Below are positions 56,461-64,000 of a stretch of 64,000 nucleotides of DNA, one piece after another (within the stretch, counting starts at the first letter, position 1; each line of letters begins with the position of its first letter). Origin of the DNA: an uncultured Clostridia bacterium. Lineage in GTDB: Bacteria > Bacillota > Clostridia > TANB77 > CAG-508. Made by a program: the position numbers and the translations under genes. The DNA lies in assembly GCA_944388805.1 (NCBI GenBank), contig CALXKE010000009.1:2734-66733 (forward strand), written 5' to 3'. A model generated the notes under the pieces. It did not search any database, was not told the origin of the DNA, and saw only the letters and a program-made list of their open reading frames with translations.

Positions 56461-56994
56461 CTACTTAAAATGGTCAGCTAACCTTTCACCTAAAAAAATA
56501 GATAGTGGAAGTCCTGCAATTAATGAAATTACAAATAAAATGGAAAATAAAATAGCTAAAATAGAACCAAATTCGTCAGTAAAATCCAAACATGAATACA
56601 CAAAAAATATCATACCAATATTTGTTATTGACCATATAATTCCAACGATACGAAACATAAACATATCATCTCCCAAAATTGGTTTAATTGATTTTTTTTG
56701 TATGATACTTGATTTGGTGCTTTGTATAGCTTCTAAAAAAATGCCATAAATTCCTATAATCGCAGCAAGTACCATAAATATTAGGAATTCTAAAATACTA
56801 ATTACACATAATGTTATAAATATTATGCCTTTTGTACTTGTAAGCTCGGTATTTCTTAATTCTATTGAACCTATTATGAAAATTCCAAATGAAATAAATA
56901 GAAATGCCACTGAAAGTCTAAAAAATACCATTCCTGCTACATATACATTATTTACTTTCTCGCTTTTCCGTACTAATTTTTCCAAAGAACTCAT
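56461..56994 (-). CDS. Hypothetical membrane protein
   Basis: 177 aa with 4-5 hydrophobic segments. Confidence 0.45.
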   Translation of the reverse strand: MSSLEKLVRKSEKVNNVYVAGMVFFRLSVAFLFISFGIFIIGSIELRNTELTSTKGIIFITLCVISILEFLIFMVLAAIIGIYGIFLEAIQSTKSSIIQKKSIKPILGDDMFMFRIVGIIWSITNIGMIFFVYSCLDFTDEFGSILAILFSILFVISLIAGLPLSIFLGERLADHFK

Positions 56995-57159
56995 GTTTTT
57001 CCTCCTTTAACTTTTGAATCACTTGTTTCTAGTTACTCTATATAAATACCTATCTAGGTTTTGTTTTTAACATTATATACTATTTTCTAGTTCTTTTCAA
57101 TTTGTTAAATTCTCTTTAATTAAAGGGCATCTGAAAAAATTTCAAATACCCTTTTGATT

Positions 57160-57441
57160 TTAGCTTATACAATCATTAAGAAATAATGCAGATGGCACCA
57201 TTTGATGAACTACTACTCCATTACAAGCAACAGTTCTGTTATTACTTTCATCTATTGCTATATAGAAATAAATCGTTTTATTTAGTTCTTGCATTAATAC
57301 ATCTTTTATATTCTTTCTAGCTATATCTTCATTTTCAAGTGTTATTCCTTCTCTATTACATGTAAATATATTTTGTTTTATTTTAAAATCTACTAAATCA
57401 TCTATATCATTAATATTTGCTTTTCTATATACTAAATTCAT
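57160..57441 (-). pseudogene. Truncated GNAT acetyltransferase (N-terminal half only)
   Basis: 93 aa. The start (YRKANINDIDDL) and beta-strands up to VACNGVVV match GNAT, but the acetyl-CoA-binding half is missing. Confidence 0.5.
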
Positions 57442-57714
57442 TTTTATAATCTCCTCGTATAATTTATTATTGTAATATTGTCATAAATAATAACTATTAT
57501 CAATTAATTATTTATAAGAATTTATTTTAATAAAAAAAGATTAGTTTTTCATAGAAAACAATTATTGGCGTTATAATCACACCTTCATCTTTTAACTAAT
57601 CAAACTAATCTTTTCTATTGAGAATTGCTAGTATTAAACAGTTGGAACTAAATAAATTAGCCACATAAAGCGTTATAATTACACCTCAACTTCTTTTAAT
57701 ACATATTCTCAAAA

Positions 57715-57762
57715 AGAGCTATTAGGAATCGAACCTAATTATATCCTCATGTATATAGCTCT
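57715..57762 (-). other. tRNA-derived remnant (acceptor stem plus T-arm, no D-arm)
   Basis: Minus strand: AGAGCTA-tatacatgaggatataa-TTAGGTTCGATTCCTAA-TAGCTCT. It has a 7-bp acceptor pairing, a 5-bp T-stem and a canonical TTCGATT loop. Total length is only 48 nt. Confidence 0.45.
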
Positions 57763-57833
57763 TGGTTTATAAAATTATATTGAATATTATACCTTAAAAA
57801 TATATAAATATCAAGGATATTTGATAAATTTTA

Positions 57834-58157
57834 CTATTCATCTCTTAAATATTTTTCCCAATCCATAAAAGCATGACCTATTCTTAATATTAATGCTTCA
57901 GAATTTTCTTCATCAACTATATAAAATACTATATAATTTCTCACATTAATTTTTCTAATATTTTTATGACCTGTCAAATTTTCACCTAAAATAGGCATAC
58001 TTCCTGCTATATTTTCTAAATCTTTCAATTCTTGTTTAAATAAAAGTTTATATTTATCTGCAATAATATCTCCTGATAAATTATATCGAAGATATGAAAT
58101 AATATTTTCTAAATCTTGTTCTGCTGTTTCTGAAATCTTCACTATATATTTTTTCAT
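57834..58157 (-). CDS. Type II toxin, RelE/ParE family
   Basis: 107 aa. Its size, N-terminal helix (ISETAEQDLENI) and position directly after a small antitoxin gene fit the family. Confidence 0.8.
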   Translation of the reverse strand: MKKYIVKISETAEQDLENIISYLRYNLSGDIIADKYKLLFKQELKDLENIAGSMPILGENLTGHKNIRKINVRNYIVFYIVDEENSEALILRIGHAFMDWEKYLRDE

Positions 58158-58175
58158 ACTATTTACTCCAGTCTT

Positions 58176-58418
58176 TTATATATTATCTATTTTAGAAAAA
58201 GCTTCATCTAGAGAATATACTCTATTTTCTTTTATGTCGTTTAATCCTTTTTGTAGTTTTTCTTTTAAATCTTTTTTACTTTTTATTGTTACCCTATCTG
58301 GAGCTTCTGTATCTACATATGAAAATTTTAAATACTCAATAAAATTTATAACTTGATTTGTAAGTTCTTCTGGTAACGTTTCAATTTCATTATATAATTT
58401 TTGTTTTTCGATAGACAT
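58176..58418 (-). CDS. Type II antitoxin (small helical)
   Basis: 80 aa from the ATG at 58418 (GGAGGT 7 nt upstream). It lies 18 nt upstream of the toxin gene. Confidence 0.6.
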   Translation of the reverse strand: MSIEKQKLYNEIETLPEELTNQVINFIEYLKFSYVDTEAPDRVTIKSKKDLKEKLQKGLNDIKENRVYSLDEAFSKIDNI

Positions 58419-58613
58419 ATAGATTACCTCCATAATAAATTTACAGTATTATTATACCATTTTCTTCTTAAAAAATCTACGCATAAAAAAATTTTTTCTT
58501 TTATATAATTTATATTCTCATTTTTTAATAATATCATAATTAAGAATATTATTAAAAAATTTAGTTAAATTAGAAGAGAACTACATGTGTTGCAGTCCTC
58601 TATATCACAATTA

Positions 58614-59246
58614 TTAATTCTCAATCTGTAATTTTCCCTTCCATAATCTAAAAATTACATCTGCTTGTTTTGCTAAATCTTTTGAGTGAGTTACAATAAC
58701 TACACATTTATTCATTTTATGAGAGCAGTCTTTAAGAATATTTATAATACTATTAGCATTTTCTTCATCAAGATTTCCAGTAGGTTCATCTGCAAGTAAT
58801 ACTGGTGCTTCAGAAGCTAATGCCCTTGCTATTGCTACTCTTTGTTGCTGACCTCCAGATAATTTTAAAACATTTCTTTTTATTTCTTCATCTTTAAGAC
58901 CTACCTTTTCTAATATTGGTTTAGGGGGTAGTTTAGATGCTATTGAAACATTTTCTGCTGGTGTCAAATAATCTATCAAGTTATAACTTTGAAAAATAAA
59001 CGATACATTGTTTTTTCTATGCCTTGCTAATCCATAATTTTCAATATTTTCACCATTAAATAAAATTTCTCCTTTTGTTGGTGTATCAAGACCACCTAGT
59101 AAAGATAAAAATGTAGTCTTTCCACAACCAGAATGTCCTAATATTGCATACATTTTGCCTTCCTCTAAATTGACATTTATATTTTTAAAGACAATACTAT
59201 CCCTTGAATAAGCATATTCTAAATCTTTTACTTCTAATATAGACAT
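58614..59246 (-). CDS. ABC transporter ATP-binding protein (MacB/FtsE-like)
   Basis: GHSGCGKTT, LSGGQQQRVAIARAL and LLADEPT motifs. Confidence 0.9.
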   Translation of the reverse strand: MSILEVKDLEYAYSRDSIVFKNINVNLEEGKMYAILGHSGCGKTTFLSLLGGLDTPTKGEILFNGENIENYGLARHRKNNVSFIFQSYNLIDYLTPAENVSIASKLPPKPILEKVGLKDEEIKRNVLKLSGGQQQRVAIARALASEAPVLLADEPTGNLDEENANSIINILKDCSHKMNKCVVIVTHSKDLAKQADVIFRLWKGKLQIEN

Positions 59247-59262
59247 TTTTCATTCCTCCTTA

Positions 59263-60514
59263 TCAATCTATTTTACTAAAAATATCTCTTGGCTTTATCT
59301 TTGTAATTTGGTAAATAGATATTATTGTAGATACTAATATAATTAACAATCCAATCCCACTTACTATTAACCAATCATGTATATTAACAGTTATATCTAT
59401 ACTTGATGAAATACTATTTATTAGTTTACTTCCTATTACTTTTGTTGCAATAGAACTTGTTACAAAAGATAGTATAAATGCAGGTACTGATATAATTAGC
59501 ACCTCTAATATTTGTTGCCATATTAAATCTTTTTTACTAATTCCAATAGAAAGCAAAATACCTACTTCATTAGTTCTATGTTTTGTCCAAAGATTAAGTA
59601 TTAAAACTATCAATATTACACTAATTATTAAGATAATAGCAATTGCTGTTGACACTATTTTTCTTAACCCATCTAGTGATTCTTTCGTATTTTTATAATT
59701 ACAATCATTCTTTGTAATTTTACAATTATCCCAAGATACATCTTCAATTTCTTTCATCTCTGCGATTAAATCATCTAATTTTTCTGGATCTTCTACTTCA
59801 AAATCTCCATATTGACTATTTTCACTATCTGTTTCATAAATAAGTTTTGAAGTTGTGTTTAAGTCCGTAAAAATAATATTTTCAAATAAATTTGTTGTAT
59901 CCATATATTCTTCTGAATCTGATTTTCTTGTACTAGTAAAGATTCCTATTATTTTAACTTTTTCTTCTACTTCTTTTCCCTCCACATTTTTTAATATTAT
60001 ATAATCTCCTATATTAAGACCATTTGCATTTGCAAAATCTTCATGTACTAACGCAACTTGTTTTGCATCTGGAGTAATTGGATTTCCACTAACTAATTTA
60101 AAACCTTCATCGGTAAAATATGTATCTTTTTCAGAATAACGATTTCCTACAACTCTACCTGCATTTTCATATACTTTTAATCCGTGTATCATCTCTTGTT
60201 TTTAGTTTTTTGTTGTTTATATCGCTATAATAGGCAACTGTATAGTTTCTTAAATTATAGCTATCTGTTATTCCATCTATATTTAATATTTGATTTACTA
60301 CGTTTTCATTTAATCCGTTTTCTATGGTTTTAGCGTTAACTGTAAAGCCACATTTTAGAGCTTTCCTAACATTTGCATTTGCCACATTTGATGATGAGTT
60401 GATTGAAAAGAAAACTATTAGTAAAGTTGACATGATTAAAATAATAGAAAATAGTAACGCTGTTTTTAGCTTTTTCCTTGTTATATATAAATAGGCTCTT
60501 TTTGCAAAATTCAA
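59263..60514 (-). pseudogene. FtsX-family ABC permease split by a frameshift in a homopolymer
   Basis: The N-terminal ORF (TM plus ectodomain start) and the C-terminal ORF (ectodomain plus three TM segments) overlap at 60167-60192. The frames switch within the A5 run (minus strand) at 60199-60203. An intact paralog lies next door. Confidence 0.7.
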
Positions 60515-60530
60515 TATCTATCACCTCTTA

Positions 60531-61844
60531 TTACATTTTTGTTAGAATAATTCTAGGTTTTCTTTTCATAATAGGAATACAAGATAGAATAACAATTGCA
60601 AGTAAAATACTTATTCCTATTACTGAAACCATCATAACTTGTTCATTTTGTATAATTACACTTTCTGCTACTTTTCCAAATGCTTTTCCTAGATTTCCTG
60701 CAATTAATTTACTAAAGAAGTACGAACCTGTAAAAGCTATTCCAGCAATTATCATCATCTCTATTATGAATTGGAACATTATTATTGCCTTCGACTTTCC
60801 AATAGAAAGTAATATTCCAATTTCTCTTCTTCTTTCCTTTATACTCATAAAAACAATAATATTAATAATGCTAATACTTACAATAATAGCTATAACAATT
60901 AAACTTATAATTAGTGTACTTGAATTATCTACTGATTCCTCTGTATTTTGATAAACTTCATCATCTGCATATATATTAAAGTTTTTCCAGTTTATATCCT
61001 TGATACTTTTTACTTCTTGAATAATGCTATCTAAATTTTCTGGATTTGACACATAAAAGTCAACAACATCAAATACTCCATTTCCTGCATCATCATAATT
61101 TACATATAGTTTGTTTGCTAAATCATTACTTAAAAATACATAATCATTATATTCAAAGTATGCTGCTAAATCATAAATTTTCTTGCCATCACTATCATCT
61201 ACTGCATCTGTTATTACTCTAAATATACCAATAATTTTGACATCTACAAACGGATCGTCATTTTGTGGATCATTTACAACTGTTAAAGTATCACCTATTT
61301 TCAAATTATTCTTTTTAGCATAAGCATCACTTACAATAATTGAGTTTTCTGTATCTTCAGTAATATGTTCTCCTTCTACTAATTCAAATATATTGGAAAT
61401 AAAATAATTGCTATATTTTGAATTTATATTTGTAATGCTCATAGTGTGCGAGTCTACTTCATCCCATCCTACAAGGTCATCTTTTGAATGTGGTATGTAT
61501 TTTCCATCTTTTAAGACACAAGCTATGGATTCAACTGTTGCATTATAACCACTTATTCCTTCAATACTTCCAATTTCTTTTATCATATCTTCTGTTATAG
61601 CATCTGATTTTAGATATGTATTGCCCTTTTCATCTGTTTCCATTTCTCCTGAACCATAGTTTCTTTCTATTGAAAAACTTGTACCTGTTGCCTCTTTAAA
61701 TTCTTCTGTTTTTTGTTCTTCAGCATTTAATACTGCTATTCCAGATAAAGTAAGTGTTACAACCATAAAAAGAATTAACAACAGTAAAATACTGATTTTC
61801 CATTTTCTAAATAGATATAAAAAACTTCTTTTCAATAATCCCAT
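60531..61844 (-). CDS. FtsX-family ABC permease
   Basis: 437 aa with an N-terminal TM segment, a large ectodomain and a C-terminal three-TM FtsX module. Confidence 0.85.
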   Translation of the reverse strand: MGLLKRSFLYLFRKWKISILLLLILFMVVTLTLSGIAVLNAEEQKTEEFKEATGTSFSIERNYGSGEMETDEKGNTYLKSDAITEDMIKEIGSIEGISGYNATVESIACVLKDGKYIPHSKDDLVGWDEVDSHTMSITNINSKYSNYFISNIFELVEGEHITEDTENSIIVSDAYAKKNNLKIGDTLTVVNDPQNDDPFVDVKIIGIFRVITDAVDDSDGKKIYDLAAYFEYNDYVFLSNDLANKLYVNYDDAGNGVFDVVDFYVSNPENLDSIIQEVKSIKDINWKNFNIYADDEVYQNTEESVDNSSTLIISLIVIAIIVSISIINIIVFMSIKERRREIGILLSIGKSKAIIMFQFIIEMMIIAGIAFTGSYFFSKLIAGNLGKAFGKVAESVIIQNEQVMMVSVIGISILLAIVILSCIPIMKRKPRIILTKM

Positions 61845-61953
61845 CTTTCTTTCCTCCTTCGCCTTATTTTTTATATTTGTAAAATGGATTTAAGGTGAAT
61901 TTAAGATGTAGTTTTAATAAAGCTAAAAAATAGATAGATTTTACTCTATCTAT

Positions 61954-63306
61954 TTATGGTAATACTATTGTAAATAACACGCCTCTTTTTGTATTTTCAA
62001 CTTTGTACGAAATATTATGATAATCAAAAATTGTCTTTGTAATGTATAATCCTAATCCACTTCCTCCTGTGTTCCTACTTCTAGCTTTGTCTACTCTAAA
62101 AAATGGATTAAATAATTGTTTCAAATCTTCTTTTTCTATATGTATTCCTGTATTTTCTATTTTCATAACTTTATCATTAAAATCAATAAATACCTTTTCA
62201 TTTTTTGGAGAATAAATTACTGCATTTCCTACAACATTTGATATTGCATTTTCAAGTAATCTTTCATCTCCTGTAAATTCGTAATTATCTTGAATATCTG
62301 TTATTATTTCTATTCCTTTATCTTCAGCAATACCTTGATATTTTCTATATGCCTTTTTTATAATATTTGTAAAATTAAGATTTTTCATGTTTAACTTAAA
62401 ATTTTCATCTTTCATCATTGCAACAGATAAAATTTCTTTTATTAAATTTTCCATTTCATTTGCAACTTTTAGAGAATGTTTTAAATATTTTTTCTTATCT
62501 TTATATTCTCCAACCTCACAAATCATTCCCTCTAACTCACCTTTTATGATAGTAAGAGGTGTTTTTAATTCATGTGATACTGCTCTGAAAAATTCCGTTT
62601 GTAATTTCTCTCTTTCCTTTTTTTTTTCAATATCTTTTTGTAATTGTTTATTTGCGACTGTAAGCTCATTTAATGTTTCATTTAACCTTTTAGCCATAGT
62701 ATCTAAATTATTTGCTAAAATTCCTATTTCATCAGTTCTAGATGTATTACATCTCCATGTCATATCTAATTTTGTTAATTTTTTAGAAATATTACTTATA
62801 TCTATAACAGGTTTAGTAATTACTCTGGAAATAATTTGTGCAGAAATGATAGATATTACGAATATTAGTAAAAGTATTGCAGGTGTAATCTTTAAAAATG
62901 TTACCATTATTTGATTTACTATACCTTCTGAAACAGATAAAGATAATATATAGCTTTCATTTGAATCTATAAAAGTAACTCCACTTGAAATCGTCTGTGT
63001 TGTTCCTTCTTCATTTGTTGCTTCTCCGAAACGATAAACTGTATCATTTCCTTTTAATTCTGCATTTGCACTATAATCTATACAAAAATTATATATTTCA
63101 TTTATTCCCTCTTCTAAACTCTTATTTTCCAATTCAGATACTAAATTTTTTATTTCTTCAGTATAATTTGAAAGTGTAACACTTCTATAATTGTTTGGCA
63201 TGACTTTCATAACAATAGCATACATAATGATTCCTAGAAGTATAAATACGCATGTCATCATTAAAAATATTTTTATAGCTAAACTACTTTTTATCTTCTT
63301 TAACAA
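61954..63306 (-). CDS. Sensor histidine kinase
   Basis: Two TM segments flank a sensor loop, followed by a HAMP domain. H-box SHELKTPLT and G2 box GGSGLGLYI. Confidence 0.9.
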   Translation of the reverse strand: MLKKIKSSLAIKIFLMMTCVFILLGIIMYAIVMKVMPNNYRSVTLSNYTEEIKNLVSELENKSLEEGINEIYNFCIDYSANAELKGNDTVYRFGEATNEEGTTQTISSGVTFIDSNESYILSLSVSEGIVNQIMVTFLKITPAILLLIFVISIISAQIISRVITKPVIDISNISKKLTKLDMTWRCNTSRTDEIGILANNLDTMAKRLNETLNELTVANKQLQKDIEKKKEREKLQTEFFRAVSHELKTPLTIIKGELEGMICEVGEYKDKKKYLKHSLKVANEMENLIKEILSVAMMKDENFKLNMKNLNFTNIIKKAYRKYQGIAEDKGIEIITDIQDNYEFTGDERLLENAISNVVGNAVIYSPKNEKVFIDFNDKVMKIENTGIHIEKEDLKQLFNPFFRVDKARSRNTGGSGLGLYITKTIFDYHNISYKVENTKRGVLFTIVLP

Positions 63307-63958
63307 TTCTATATCCCACCCCTCTAACAGTTTCTATATAATCATATCCTAGTTTTTTGCGAATATTTTTAATGTGCGTATTTACTATCTTGTCATCTCC
63401 ATAGTAATCATAGTTCCATATTGAATTTAAAATGTTATCTCTTGTAAATACTTTGCCTTGATTTTCCAAAAATAGCTTTAATATTTCATATTCTCTATAT
63501 GTTAATGGAATCTTTTTATTATCAACAAATACTTCGTAATTTTCTATATTTAAAACCAGATTCTTATATTTCAAAATACTAACATTTTCTTTTCTATTAT
63601 CTGTTCTTCTTAAAATGGCTTCTATATGCTTTAATACTATGGGCATTGAAAAGGGCTTTGTGATATAATCATCTGCTAGTTTATCAAATCCTTTTAATTG
63701 ACTTTCCTCATCTGTTAGTGCTGTTAAAATAATAATTGGTACATTACTATTCTTTCTTATCATTTCACATACTACAAAACCATCAATTTTAGGCATCATG
63801 ATATCTAATAAAACTAAATCAAATTTATCCTTTTGTATAATATTTATTCCATCTAACCCATCATCTGCTGTTTCTACTTTATATCCAGCATTTTCTAAAA
63901 ATGCTTTTATTATATTTTGTATATCTTTTTCATCTTCTACCACTAATATCTTTTTCAT
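63284..63958 (-). CDS. OmpR-family response regulator
   Basis: Receiver domain (LVLLDIMMPKIDG) and a winged-helix C-terminus (VRGVGYRI). It overlaps the kinase start by 23 nt. Confidence 0.95.
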   Translation of the reverse strand: MKKILVVEDEKDIQNIIKAFLENAGYKVETADDGLDGINIIQKDKFDLVLLDIMMPKIDGFVVCEMIRKNSNVPIIILTALTDEESQLKGFDKLADDYITKPFSMPIVLKHIEAILRRTDNRKENVSILKYKNLVLNIENYEVFVDNKKIPLTYREYEILKLFLENQGKVFTRDNILNSIWNYDYYGDDKIVNTHIKNIRKKLGYDYIETVRGVGYRIVKEDKK

Positions 63959-64000
63959 AGATTATCCTCCGAATAAGATTATACAACTTAATTGTGTAGT

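Overview
Very AT-rich chromosomal segment from an endospore-forming Firmicute, Clostridia-like by gene content: yabP-yabQ-divIC-rho, a class A PBP, Xer-type recombinase, smpB, fba, rpmF, asnB, a csoR-copZ-copA copper operon, two ECF sigma/anti-sigma pairs, several HAD phosphatases, and a two-component system with an FtsX-type ABC module. No rRNA, intact tRNA or CRISPR array was seen. The stand-out is a tightly packed minus-strand operon (about 16.05 -> 5.67 kb). It joins a ubiquitin-like conjugation triad (ThiF/E1-like, E2/UBC-like, JAB/MPN) to a 1459-aa soluble FtsK/SpoIIIE ATPase with four modules, only one of which has catalytic motifs. The operon also encodes three paralogous WXG100-like helical-hairpin proteins carrying a W-x-D motif, a coiled-coil protein, a B-box/zinc-ribbon membrane protein, a 56-aa acidic protein and an M48 membrane protease. 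I do not recognise this combination as a described system. It is neither a canonical type VII secretion locus nor a CBASS/Bil-type locus. Other points: (1) a 1.3-kb ORF-free region after rho; (2) a decayed mobile-DNA patch at the 3' end of asnB, with an 82-bp duplication of the asnB 3' end whose 7 differences are all synonymous in one frame, an ORF6N gene, a Bro-N antirepressor fragment, a truncated group II intron and an interrupted dinD-like gene; (3) three frameshifted genes (asnB C-terminus, a peroxiredoxin, an FtsX permease) that could be real or assembly errors; (4) a promoter-to-terminator structured leader candidate upstream of an MccF/MccE-like peptidase-acetyltransferase pair; (5) 33-bp periodic repeats upstream of an AAA/DUF4143 ATPase gene; (6) a 48-nt tRNA-derived remnant next to a ParE/RelE toxin-antitoxin pair. 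All family calls come from reading motifs by eye and from memory of those families. No searches were run.
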